From: Mobula hypostoma
Taxonomy: Eukaryota
Length of the DNA: 64,000 nucleotides
Assembly: GCF_963921235.1 (NCBI RefSeq)
Contig: NC_086107.1
Location: forward strand, 94,552,001 to 94,616,000
Direction: 5' to 3'
Both the position numbers and the translations under genes were made by a program. This document shows, in pieces, positions 13,374 to 25,800 of this stretch (positions within the stretch are counted from its first letter, which is position 1; each line of letters starts with the position of its first letter). The notes beneath the pieces were generated by a model, which ran no database searches, was not told where the DNA came from, and worked only from the letters and a program-made list of their open reading frames with translations.

Positions 13374-14027
13374 GTTGGAGGCTACCCAGACAGAATATAT
13401 GGTGTTGTTCCTCCAACCTGAGTGTGGCCTCATCATGACAGTGGAGGAGGCCATGGATGGACATATCAGAATGGGAATGGGAAGTGGAATTAAAATGGGT
13501 GGCCATTGGACGATCCCGCTTTTTCTAGTGGGTGCTCTGTGAAGCGGTCTCCCAATCTTCATCGAGTCTCACCAATATACAGGAGGCCACACCAGGAGCA
13601 CTGGACACATTATATGACCTCAACAGACTCTCAGGTGAAGTGTCACCTCACCTGGAAGGACTGTTTGAGGCCCCAAATGGTAGTGAGGGAGGAGGTGTAG
13701 GGGCAGGTGTAGCACTTGAAAGGATAAGTGCCAGGAGGGAGATCAGTGGGGAAGGACGAATGGACGAGGGAGCCATGTAGGGAGCGATCCCTGCGGAAAG
13801 CAGAAAGTTGGGGGGTGGGGAGGAAAAGATGTTCTTGGTGGTGGGATCCTGTTGGAGGTGATGGAAGTTGCAGAGAATTATGTGCTGGATGTGGAGGCTG
13901 GTGAGGTGGTAGGTGAGGACAAGAGGAACCCTATCCCTGGTAGGGTGACAGGAGGATGGGGTGAGGGCAGACATGCACAAAATGGAAGAGATGACATTGA
14001 GGGAAGCGTTGATGGTGGAAGAAGGAT
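13374..14027 (-). mobile_element. PLE ORF fragment (RT C-terminal linker plus GIY-YIG endonuclease)
   Basis: DRVPLVLTYH..HLQQDPTT (ORF 13648-13980), CS.CGLLYIGET, and ATHFNS..EATLRLEEQH (ORF 13288-13506). Confidence 0.85.
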
Positions 14028-14154
14028 CTCTTTTTGCACTATTTATCTTTCATATATTCTTATCATATTTTATAGTAACTTTTATGTTTTCACAAATTTG
14101 TGTTTTCCCATCATAAATTTCACAACACCTGCCAGTAATAATAAACCTGATTCA

Positions 14155-14790
14155 ATTTCAAGTTCCTGGGTGTCAAGATCTCTGAGGACCTCACCTGGAC
14201 ATAACATATCGATGCAGTTATAAAGAAGGCAAGACATCAGCTATATTTCATTAAGGGTTTGAGGAGATTTTGTTTGTCACCTAAAACACTTGAAAACGTG
14301 TATCATAGAGAGCATTCTGACAGGCTGCATAACTGTCTGGTACTGGGGGGGGGAGGGGCTACTGCACAGGACTGAAAGCTGCAGAAAGTTGTAAAATTAG
14401 TCTGATCCATCATGGGTACTAGCCTCTGTAGCACCCAAGACATCTTCAAGGTGCAGTGCTTCAGAAGGGCGGTGTCCATCAGCCAGGACATGCCCTCTTC
14501 TCATTATTACTGTCAGGAAGGAGGTACAGAAGCCTGAAGGCACACACTCAGCGATTCGGGAACAGCTTCTTCCCCTCTGCCATCCGATTCCTAAATGGAC
14601 ATTGAACCCATAAACACTACCTCTTTTTTTTTAATTATTTCTGTTTTTGCATTGCTTTTAATGTAACTATTTAATATACACTGACTATAATTGATTTATT
14701 TATTTTTTTTATAGTTATCACATATTGCATTGTACTGATGCCACTAAGTTAACAAATTTCACAACATATGCCGGTGATATTAAACCACTT
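14155..14790 (+). mobile_element. Rex1/Babar-like LINE 3' fragment
   Basis: Same sequence family as 2205-2880. Confidence 0.75.
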
Positions 14791-16421
14791 CAGAGATTTA
14801 TTACCTTGACTTGGATGAACTGAAGTTTGTCATTTTGCAGTGGCGGTACAGACCAAAGACATCAAGTAAGAATAAATTACAACAATATATAAAATAGTGA
14901 AGATAATAATAAGGAGGAATTGTTATGACAGAGGAGATATCAGATACTGGAACAACATACAAAGGGCTGAAGGACTCAGTGGGTCAGGCAGCATCTGTGG
15001 AGGGAAATGCTCTTCACTCACATGCTGAATCTCCTTAAACCATTGAGAAAGTAGAAAATTATAAGCGCAAAAGATTATGCAGATGCTGGAGATCTTGAGC
15101 TACACACACATAAAATGCTGGAGGAATTCAACATCGGGAAGCATCTGTGCAGCTTTCTCCAACTTCTACTAATTCCTCACTCTCCCTCCTCCTCTCGTTT
15201 TCTATTCCTCATTCTGGTTACCCTCTCACTCCTTCTCTTCTCCTCACCTGTGGTTCCCCCTCCTCCCTCCCTTTCTTCCATGGTTCACTGCCTTCTTCAG
15301 CTCTTTCCGTCTTCACCTCCCCCTCCCCTCACCTGGTCCTATCTCTCACCTCCTCCACCTTCTTATTCCAGCTTCTTTCTCCTTCCTTCTCAGTCCTCAT
15401 GAAGGGTCACACATCCCAAAACAGCATCGTACTAACTGCTGCACTACTGTGGCTCTGCTGATAGTTTTGTTAATCTGCCACATTCAAGGGTTTTGTGCAC
15501 CGAGCACTTTGTATTAGGATTCCTTTTAAAATTACGTGATCTTTCCTGTTGTCTTATCTCACTAATGACTGTTGTTTCCCCATAACCATTCCCAATTCTT
15601 TTCATACCTATTCCCTTCTACAAAGTTTCCCTGTTCGTCCCACTTCGGAATGTATTTCAAACTTGTTATATGGGTGGCACCTTCTGGTTCCATGACAGAT
15701 CGTTGACCTAAAACACGAACTCTTAATCTCTTTCCACAGATTGCTTGACACAGAACACCACAGCAAAGGACCTTTTAACCTACTTTAAGATATACCTAAC
15801 CCTTCCCTTCCACCTAGCCCTCCATTTTTCCTTCAGCCATACGCTGATCTAAGAGTCTCTTAAAATGTTCATCTTGTATCCACATCTACCACCACTCCTG
15901 CCAGCGTGTTCCACACTTGGCCTTTAAAAAACCTCTTACAACTCACCCACCCCCTACTTTCCTCCAATCACCTTAAAATTAGCCATTTCAACCCTGGGAG
16001 AAAGACACTGGCTGTCCATTCTAGTTACATCTCTTAACATCTTGTACACCTCTATCAAGTCACCTCTCATCCTCCTTCGCTCCAAAGAAAAGCCCTAGTT
16101 CACTCAACCTTTCCTCATAAGACATGCTCTCTAATCCAGGCAGCATCCTGATAAATCTCCTCTGCACCCTCTCTAAAGTTTCCATGTTTTCCTATAATGA
16201 GGTGACCAGAACCGAACTCCAAGTGTGGTCTAATCAGTGTTTTATAGAGCGGCAACATTATCTTGAGGCACTGGAACTCAATCCCCCAACTAATGAAGGC
16301 CAACACACTATATTCTTAACCAAGCTATCAACTTGCGTGGCAACTTTGAGGGATTTATGGCTGTGGATCCCAAAAACCCTGTTTCCCTCAACACTGCTAA
16401 GAATCCTGCCATCAACCCTGT

Positions 16422-16909
16422 CAGTCAGTTCAGAGGGTGCCGTCCCGAATCCAGGGTTGGTGGCTATGCACCTCCATCTTCTTCGATCTTGCGACAGCAC
16501 CGAGTACAGCCTCTCCTCCAGTTTGTTCTCACTGGCCGTCTTGGCACCGACTACCGCCGCCCCCGCCGAACTCGAGCCCGAGGCTGTGTTGGCCTCCAGC
16601 CGCGGCCACTTCTTCGAGCTCGGCCCTTCCTTAGGTACACGGTGCAGCACCCAAGTTCATCACGTCTCTTCTAACTCGGTGCATAGCATACAATTCGTAG
16701 ATACGTGGTGAGGCTTTAATCTCTTCTACGGAAGATGGCCGTTGGCTCACAAGGTGCTCATCCGCCCTTTATCAGGTCTTGTTTTTTTATTTCAGTCCTG
16801 CTGGGTGTCCTCACACCCTCCTCAACAGACTAAGTCCAGTGGGGGAACCGGCCCAAGTCGCCGACCACTCGACCACAGCCCTCAGCCGAGCACCCGCCCC
16901 CCGCCGAAT
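16422..16909 (-). mobile_element. Chimeric RTE-type non-autonomous retro-insertion carrying a host exon fragment
   Basis: Perfect 13-bp TSD ccatcaaccctgt at 16409-16421 and 16910-16922. The 3' end encodes QDRRRWR and ends in tgaactgactg. The 5' part shares ggcggatgag..gtgag..ccaa.ggcca with the RTE-like element at 61040-61570. Confidence 0.85.
16494..16632 (-). pseudogene. ZFTRAF1: Captured fragment of a ZFTRAF1/CYHR1-like N-terminal coding exon
   Basis: Translates to KEGPSSKKWPRLEANTASGSSSAGAAVVGAKTASENKLEERLYSVL. This matches the recalled vertebrate ZFTRAF1 pattern PPKKRLR..(Ala/Gly linker)..GKLEERLYSVLCC. CpG-rich, as expected for a first exon. Confidence 0.75.
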
Positions 16910-17154
16910 CCATCAACCCTGTATTCTACCTTCAAATTTGACCTTCCAAGGGAATCACTTCATTTTTATAAACTGTACTCCGTCTGCCACTTCTTGGCCC
17001 AGCTCTGCATCCTGTCAATGCCCCATATTAACCTACAACAACCTTCAACACAACCCTCAACAGAAGCAACTTTTGTATCATCTGCAAACATACAAGCTCT
17101 AATTTTGAACACTTTGTAGTTTTCTGTCCATCTAGTCGAATAATACATTGTACT

Positions 17155-18130
17155 AGAGATGTAAGAGACTGCAGATGCTGAAATCTGGAGCAACACACAA
17201 AATGCTGGAGGAACTCAGCAGGTCAGGCAGCATCTGTAGAAGGAAATGGACAGTCAATGTTTCAGGTCGAGACCTTTCATCCAGATTCCAAGATAAAGGG
17301 GGGATAAGGAATATAAAGAGGTGGAGGAGAGGAATTACAAACAAGGGAAAATCTGCAGATGCTGGAAATCTGAGCAACACACACAAAATGCTGGAGGAAC
17401 ACAACAGGCCAGGCAGCATCTATGGAAAAGAAGTATAATCGATGTTTCGGGCTGAAACCCTTCGGCAGGACTGGAGAAAAATAGCTAAGCAGTAGACTTA
17501 AAAGGTAGGGGGAGGGGAGAGAGAAACACAAGGTGATAGGTGAAGCTTGGAAGGGAGGGACCATGAAGAGCTGGGAGGGTGATTGGTGAAAGAGATACAG
17601 GGCTGGAGAAGGGGGAGTCTGATAGAAGAGGACAGAAGGCCATGGAAGAAAGGATGGGGGAGAAGCACCAGAGGGAGGCAATGGGTGGGAAAGGAGATAA
17701 AGTGAGAGAGGGAAAAGGGGATGGGGAATGGTGAGGGGGAGGGGGGCATTACCAGAAATTTAAGTAATCAGTGTTCATGCCATCAGGTTGGAGGCAACCC
17801 AGACGGAATATAAGGTGATGTTCCTCCAACCTGAGTGTGGCCTCATCGCAACAGGAGTAAATCTACTCCTCAGCTCTTTTTCTCCAGCTGAAGGGTTTCG
17901 GCCTGAAACATTGACTATTTTTTTTTCCATAGACGTTGCCTGGCCTGCTGAGTTCCTCCAGCATTTTGTGTGTGTTTGGGAGGAAAGGAGCTGGCAGGTG
18001 ATGGGTAGATCCAGGTGGGGAGGGATGATAGGCAGATAGAGGGGGAGAGTGGGATTTGCAATAGGTGGGCTGACAAATGGTGGAGTTGAATGGACAGGAA
18101 GTTGGAGCTGTGGGCAGATGAGACCCAGTG
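17155..18130. mobile_element. Cluster of PLE terminal repeats in mixed orientation
   Basis: Three copies of the gatgctgcctg..gagttcctccagcattttgtgtg terminus plus an EATLRLEEH remnant. Confidence 0.8.
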
Positions 18131-19124
18131 CACCATGAGGATAGAGCTGCTGTAACAATTGTCAAGAATGTCTGTGGGGCCTCAAAGAGGATGGAGATTA
18201 TTTTAGATACGGAAGTGACTCATAAACATCTTATTCACATGACATGTGCTCTTATAGCAAGGTCAGCAGTTTGTTTTCTGTGCAGTAATTCACCAGATGT
18301 AAAGGTCACTGGCAAGATGCCAGTTTATTGTGAGTTCCTAATAGCTGGTCAAGAGACAAACACATTGAAGGACCACTCACTGTGATTTGAAACTGGCTAC
18401 TTCTGCCTCTCACTCATGTGATGTTGGCTCCGTTTTCCCCTCTCTGCTGGCGAATGTGCATCAGAGGGAAACTCCAGGAATCATAAGAAAATTGGGTTAC
18501 GTTCGTAAAGTGGTCAAACACAGCGTCATACAAACTGCAAAGGCCAATGGGGGAAATGAACCAATGGAGATGGCTTAGAGCCTTCTCAAGAAATAGGGCA
18601 GACATTAGATCAGGGAAGTGTTAAAAGTGCAAGGCCTAGCTTGCTGGAACAGAGATGAGATTCAAAATTGCTCATTTGTCATTCCTGAGTACAGGAGCAT
18701 AAAGAACAAAATGATTGTTACTCTAGATTTGGAGCAGAAAAAAATACAATAAGCATAAAGAATACACAATATAAAAGCAATCCTATAAAACAATGTACAA
18801 GTAACCTATATACATGGAGTGTATGTACATGAAGTGAAGCTGGGTGATATGTTTGCAGTGGTACTGGAGTGGGTTGGATTGATGGGTGGAGGTGTTGATC
18901 ACCATGATGGCTTGAGGAAAGCAATTGGCTTTTGAGTCTAGTCATCTTGGCATGGATGCTGCGTAGCTTCCTCCCTGATGGGAGTGAGACCGACAGTCTA
19001 TGAGCAGGGTGGGTGAGATCCTTCATGATATTGCAGGCCTTTTTTTCCAGCACCTTTCTGTATATGTCCTTGATGGCAGGTTGGCTGGGGTCAGTGAGGC
19101 ATTGGGCAATTTTAATTCCCTCAG

Positions 19125-20850
19125 ACATATGAGAAAATCTGCAGATGCTGGAAGTCCAAAGGAACACACACACACACACACACACAATGCTGGGGGAACT
19201 CAGCAGGCCAGGCAATCTATGGAAAAAAGTACAGTCCACATTTCAGGTCAACGCCCTTCATCAGGACTGGTAAGAAAGAGAAGTCTGAGTAAGAAGGTAG
19301 GGGAGGGAAGGAAGTAGTACGAGGTGGTAGGTGATAGGTGAAACTGGGAGACAGGAAGGGGGTGAAGTAAAGACCTGAGAAGTTGATTAGTGAGAGAGAT
19401 AAAGGGCTGGAGAAGGGTGGGGGGGGGGAGGAGGAGGAGGAGAATCTGATGGGAGAGGACAGAAAACCATGTAAGAAAGGGAAGTGGAGGAGCACAAGAG
19501 GGAGGTGATGAGCAGGTGAGGAGATAGGGAGAGAAGGGGGAATGGGAATGGTGAAGGTGGGGGAGGGGATGTGTTACCGCAAGTTTGAGAAATTGATATT
19601 CATGCCTTCAGGTCGGAGGATACCCAGATGGAATAATAATAATGTTGCTCCTCCAACCTGTGGCCTCATGATGGTGGTAGAGGATATGGACTAACATGTC
19701 AGAATGGGTAGCCACAGGAGATCCCACTTTTTGTTGCAGAGTGAAGGGGTCTCCCAGTCTACATAGGGCCTCACTGATATACAAGCCACACCGGATACAG
19801 TAGGTGACCCCAACAGACTCATAGATGAAGAGTCACCTCACCAGGAAGGATTGTTTGGGGCCCTGAATGGTAGCAAGGGAGATGTTGGGGCAGGTGTGGC
19901 ACTTGTTCCACTTGCAAGAATAAAGGGCTGGGTAGGTCAGTGGGGATGGATCTGTCTGGTTGGGCAGGGGGAAGAGGAGGAGGAGAGAAAGGAGGGAAAG
20001 ATGTGTTTGTGGTGGGAATCCATTGTTGGCAGAAGTTACAGAGAATTATGTGCTGGGCATAAAGACTGGTGGGATGGTAGAGAGGACAAGAGGAACACTA
20101 TCCCTGGTGTGGTGGTGGAGGGAGGATGGGGTGATGCAGACATGTGCAAGATGGAAATGGTAGGTAAGGACAGTGTTATGGTGGAGGAAGGGAGGACCCT
20201 TTCTTTGAAGGACATCTCAGTTGTTCTGGAATTAAAAGCCTCATCCCTGAGAGCAGATGCAGCAGAGGTAGAGAAACTGAGAGGGGGGCTGTATTTTTAC
20301 AAGAGACAAGGTGGAAAGAAATATAGTCCAAATAGCTGTGAGAATCAGTGTTTTTATAAAAGATATCAGGAGACTCGACTCCAGAAATGGCCAGATTGAG
20401 AAAGGGGAGAGGGTGTCAGAAATGGACCAGGTAAATTTGAGGGCAGCGTGGAAGTTGGAGGCAAAGTTAAGTCAAAAGCTCAGTGGGTGCAGAAAGCAGC
20501 ACCGATGCAGTTGTTGGTGTAGAGTCAGAAGAGTTGGGGAGTGATTGCAGATTAGGCTTGAAACATCAGCTATTCCACGTAGCTGACAAAAGGGCAGGCA
20601 TAGATGGCACCAATGCAAGTGCCCATGACACCTTGGGTTTGAAGGAAGTGGGAGGAGCCAAAGGAAAATTGTTGAGGGTGAGGGCCAATTCCACCAAAGG
20701 AAAGTGGAGGGCAACTGGTTAGGTCTGTTGTCCAGAAAGAAGCAGAGAGCTTTAAGGCCCTCCTGATGGGGGATGGAGGTGTACGGAGATTGAATATCCA
20801 TAGTGAAAATGAGACAACTGGGGACTAAGGAACTTGGTCATTGAAAAGGC
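19125..20850 (-). mobile_element. Longest PLE remnant (RT, linker, GIY-YIG, terminal repeat), internally deleted
   Basis: MDIQSPYTSIPHQEGLKAL (ORF 20472-20801; RT motif D..SLYT.IP), a decayed GV.MG..G..YA motif, DSVPLVL, and the terminal repeat with hammerhead remnant at 19232-19269. Confidence 0.85.
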
Positions 20851-21639
20851 CAAGAGCATTCAGGATCAAGATTAGCAGTTTTATCCGTTTAGAGGCCTCC
20901 TTTTGTAGGAAAAGTAGGCAGCTACTTTTCAACTTGCACTTAGGCTTGTTGGCTGGAAGGACCTGTAACCGTAATAAATATAAAATTAAATTTGCTTCAA
21001 CTGCAGGGGAGATGAACAGCAGTCACCAGAGAGCACCCACTTGCAGGGAGAATGGGAAATTCAATTCCCATTTATGAGGAAACTAGACCACTCCTGCAGA
21101 AATAATCACTCTCCAGTTACTGAAATTCCACAAGTGTTCCTAAAGCAACATAGGTAACTTCACTTACCTTAATGCTGATGTGACTCCACAACCTATGCAC
21201 TCAGTTTCTTGGTATTAATGTTTGTACAATCTGAATATTGGTTGTCAGTCTTGGTTTATGTGTGTATTCCACCCCCCCCCCCCACAAATTCTGTATTTTT
21301 TATTTCTCGTAGATACCTACAAGATGAATCTCCAGGTACGATGTGGTGACATACACAGTAAGTCAACTTCGAAATTTGAAGAAATTGTGAAATCTGCATG
21401 TAACTAGGAAAATGAATATATGGTGACATGTTCAAAGTATATTATTGAAGTACATGACTGGAAGTTGCAATTTTTTTGTGGGGGGGGAAAGTCACTCAAA
21501 GTGCTCCCCAGTGCACTCTAGCAGGGAGGGACTGAGTAAACAAGAGAAAAATCTGCAAATGCTGGAAATCCAAGTAACACAAGATGCTAAAGGAATGAAA
21601 GAGCAGTCGATGTTTCAGGCAGGGATCCTTCATCAGGAC

Positions 21640-22052
21640 TGATTAAACATGTTCACTAGTTGATTCTGGAGACGAGGGGATTAGACTGAGGAGAGATCAA
21701 GTCACCAAGGTCTGTACTCACTGGAATTCATAAAAATGACATCTTATAAAATTATAAATGGATAGGTAAGATAGAGGCAGCAAAGTTGTTTCCACTGGTA
21801 GGTGAGACTAGAACGTGGCCTCAAAATTTGGGGGAGATTTAGTATGGAGATGAGGAGGAACTACTTTTCCCCGAGTGGTGAAACTCTGGAATTCTGCCCA
21901 ATGAAGCAGTGGAGGCTACCTCAGTAAATATATCTAGGACAAGGTTGGATAGATTTTTGCATAGTAGGGGGAATTAATGGTTATGGGGAAAAGGCAGGTA
22001 GAGAGAGATGGGTACATAGCCAAATGGCCTTCTACTGCTCCCATTTCTATGT
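21640..22052 (+). mobile_element. CR1 LINE 3' fragment
   Basis: Decayed RLILE..GLYSLEF and EMRRNYF..WN motifs. Confidence 0.75.
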
Positions 22053-22823
22053 TCACAAGGTACACCCACTGTATGAGATTGCATGTGTTAACCCAAACTG
22101 AGCTGTGATTTAAGAGGATGACTGCACCTCATGAGTCATCCAGATTCAAGGTTCAGTGTATTCCTCCAAGACACTATTTAACACAATCCTGTACAAACAG
22201 CAGATTCCTATAGAAGTCAGTATGAGGTAGAAGTAACCAAGATGGATGTCTAGTCCTGGAATCTTCCATCCAGTTGGAGCACTTGAGGATGCCTTCCAAC
22301 ATGGCACCAGTTTACCATATTGATCTCTGCAACATGGAGTGTTGCACAAAATCAAAGGCATACAAGCAGATAGTGGACTGTATTTACCCCCAGAGCAGGA
22401 ATGACTAACACCGAGGGATACTTTTAAAGGTGTCTGGAGGAAAGCAGAGGTCAGAGGTAGCAGTGACCCCCCCCCCCCCCAGTGTTAAGTGCATGGAAAT
22501 GTACAGGTGTCGATTTTAACTGACTTAGGAGAAAAGTTAGAATGATCTTGGGGGACCCCTGAGAGCACAGGGGACAATTTTAATTCTCCCCCACACAAAG
22601 GGTGAATTAGCTGCCAGAGGTGGTAAACTATTACAACACTAAGTAACAATTGGACAGGAACTTGGATAGGAAGTGAGGAATCTGAGCTGAACATGGATAA
22701 ATGGATCAGTCAGCATGAAATAAGGGGTTTGTAACAGCCCAGTTGTGTTTCCAACCCATTAGTGCACTGCCAAACCTACCACTACACCTTCTGATGGACC
22801 CAGTTCACTGATGGTTACAGTGC

Positions 22824-22863
22824 AAGAAAAACAAAGACCAAATATATTTTTAAATAGTTTATT
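22824..22863 (-). terminator. Polyadenylation signal with downstream GU/U-rich element
   Basis: Minus-strand AATAAA followed about 15 nt later by ttggtctttgtttttcttg. Confidence 0.65.
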
Positions 22864-25800
22864 GAAATACAGTAAGATACTCAAAAGGCACTTGATCTGA
22901 GAATAGCTCTTCAATGTAAAACCATCCTTTAGGGTCACTCAAGAGGAAACTGCCAGAGGCAATTCCATGCATAAAATCCTGTAACAGCCCATTGCACAGC
23001 AGCAAGGACCCTCCACTTGGAGAAACAGTAACCCCAATAGAGATCTGTACTGCTACACATTCTGACCCAGAACCAGCACATCGCAATCCAAACTCTAACC
23101 CGAGATTCCAGGACAGCAGTCAATGACTGACTGCTTCCCTTGCTGGAGAGCAGGGGAAGGGGCAGGGTCACTCTCAGGGACAGATCACCTACACCAATCC
23201 CCTCGATTCTAAGCTATCATCCAGATCACCCCCCCAACCCCGTTACCAATCACACTTTGGAAGATTGGTGTAAAAAGCTCAATGTCAGGTCAGCCATCAA
23301 TTTCCTGGCAAAATGGTGTAGTAGTTAACGTTAATATTACAGCTCGACACCTGGGTTCAACTCAACTGTTGCCAGTGTAAGGAGTTTGTACATTCTACCC
23401 ATGACTGTACATTTGCTCCTGCATTCCAATTCCAAAGGCTACAGGCTCATAGGCCACATGGGTAGCATGGCTCATTGGGTCACAAGAGCTTACAACCATG
23501 CTGAATCTCCAATACTGGACAAGTACCCCTGATAGACTGAGGCAACCTATTTTTATTCTTTTCTTACTTCTCTAACAGTAAGTGTACCTGTGCACTTGTA
23601 ATGCTACTGTGACACTGCAATTTCCTTTGGGATCTATCTATCTACACTTGCAAAATTACAATTTATAATCTGCCCGCCAGATAAATGTGCAACATTAAAA
23701 GCCACACATTCAAATGGTCATCAGTAATAATAAAAATGAGACTTGTTGTCCATAACCAATAATCTGAAGATGTGCTGGGGGGCAGTACATGCTCATTAAC
23801 TCACTAATCCTACCTTGTGGGCCTTTTGGAATGGGGGGGGAGAAGACTGGAGAACCCAAAGGAAGCCTGTGCAGCCACAGAAAACACACTCCTTGCAGAT
23901 AGTGGCAGGAATCGAAGTCCAGTGATTGCTGGTGCTGTAAAGCCATTGCACAAATTGCTAACACTACTGCCAATTGCGGCCTAGAACCTGTCCTGTCTTC
24001 ACTGCTGTCAGTATTAAGCACAACTTCTCACTCATTAGCTCCAGTACCCAATGCAACTAAAACTCAGATTGATGCAGCCCCAGCCGCTGTGACATGGCAG
24101 AGCAGAGACAAAAGAGTAAATCATCTTCCAGACCACTCTGCAGGATGGTAGCCATTTGATTGTGTCATCTCAGGTCCAGCTGAGAACTTTTCCCAAGAGT
24201 AGTAGTGGTGGTGGGGGGTGGGAAGAAAGGGAGTGTAGTGGTGAAATCGGTAGCAAGTGAACTCACAGCCAGATCACAGCCGCCCAGTTCCCAATTCAGG
24301 ATTTCCTCCTTTCAATCTACAAGAAATGAAAAATAAATCAGGTTAGTTATTGTGCAGTAATCTCTTAACTACATTAACCTCCCAGTTAACAGACCAAATA
24401 CTGTGCAGCTTATTCCAAGCCACTCCAACAATGCATTATGAAATGGAAAAAACCAATGGAGAACAAGAGCGAAGTGCTGGAGGAACCCTGGTCAGACAGC
24501 CTCCATGGAGAATAAACAGTCAACTCTTTGGGCACAACCCTTTCAGGTCCTGTTTATTCCCAAACCCACCCTCCCCCCCCAAATCCATACAGGCTGCCTG
24601 ATCCAAATTCCTCCAACACTTTGCTCATGATCTCCTTAGTCTGTGAGTGCTTCCTCATTTCATAATGAATTATTGGGATGGCTTGGACTGTGTTGGGGTC
24701 AGCCCTCACAAGTCTGAGGCCAACATAGAATGCCCAACACTTAACCTAACCCATAGGGTGACTGGTACGTGGGAGGAAACTGGAGCACCCACTCAATCAT
24801 AGCAAGAATATACGAACTCCTTACAGGGCTCACTGGAGCTGTAAACAACATTACCCTAACCAGTACACTGTGCTACCACACTTCCACTTCACCCTTTAGT
24901 TCATGCTTAAACCACAACCTAAGTAAAAGTGAGTAAAAACAAATTAAACGTGCATTTAATTAATTGTATTTGCTGTTTGTTATCTCTGCACTCTGGTTTA
25001 TCACCCTAATTAGGCAATCTTATTATATATTAAACAATTATTAGACAGTTGTGCAGACACATTTATACACATAAATAATTGTCTACAAGTGATCTCAGGG
25101 TTCCATATGCACTTAATAAAACTTACTTTGAACTTCATCGGGTGCAGAGTGCACCAATCAACGTTAGAAAGCAAGAAGAAAGCAGAGCTCCTGCCAGTCC
25201 TCACTCAGGCACCCAGCATGTCAAAGTCACTGAGTGGCACGTGTGTCGCTCATATACACTCGGAGCCCAGTGCTAGCATCACGGTGAAGACCGGCCTTGG
25301 AGCCGAGACACCCCCCTCCCCACCCCGGTCACTGTACCGATCCCCATGTTCGCACTTACCGGGTATGCAGGCCGCTCTTACCACGGTTCCCACACGTGGT
25401 CCGGCCCGCAGGCCGAGCGGCGTCTCCAGCCCGCCGCGGGGTCAGGAAACCGCCGGTCCCGCAACGTCGTGTCTGCAGCCATTTCGGCCCATCCCGTCCG
25501 CGCCCAGCTCACTCAGCTAACCCGTCCCCCAGCAAAATGACTCGGCCGACCTACCCCCTCGCTCACACACATACTGGGGCAGGAATAAGAGGAGCTTACA
25601 ACAACCACCCACCCCGGAGCTTGCACCCTACACCCACCACTCTATACACCCAAGGACTCATGGACAGCCTCCATTCACCTCCTCAGGCCTGGACTATGGC
25701 TCAGTATTCTCCCCCCCCCCCCCCGGCTCTCCTTCACACCCCTCCCCTCCTCTCCGCCCGAGAATGTAGCCTTTCCCTTACTATCTTCCTCCACCACCAC

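Larger units (their letters stand above)
15750..17090 (-). mobile_element. Decayed CR1 LINE interrupted by the 16422-16909 insertion
   Basis: MFADDTK (ORF 16966-17196) and LYKTLIRPHLE (ORF 16115-16306). The sequence is continuous once the insertion is removed. Confidence 0.85.

Noticed and set aside
16780..16909. HDV-like ribozyme at the 5' end of the chimeric RTE element (also considered at 52146)
   Set aside because: P1- and P3-like pairings can be drawn, but P1.1 and the catalytic J4/2 strand could not be assigned by eye. A descriptor search is needed.
21008..21152. Plus-strand coding exon with one open frame
   Set aside because: Weak pyrimidine tract, unrecognised peptide and no partner exons.
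22224..22245. let-7-like miRNA (tgaggtag)
   Set aside because: Only the first 8 nt match and there is no precursor hairpin.
24296..24316. Antizyme-type UCC-UGA frameshift site
   Set aside because: No antizyme ORF1/ORF2 similarity and no pseudoknot.
24960..25090. H/ACA snoRNA or miRNA in the next host intron
   Set aside because: One AT-rich hairpin plus ANANNA and ACA motifs are present, but the second hairpin does not fold and pocket spacing is wrong.
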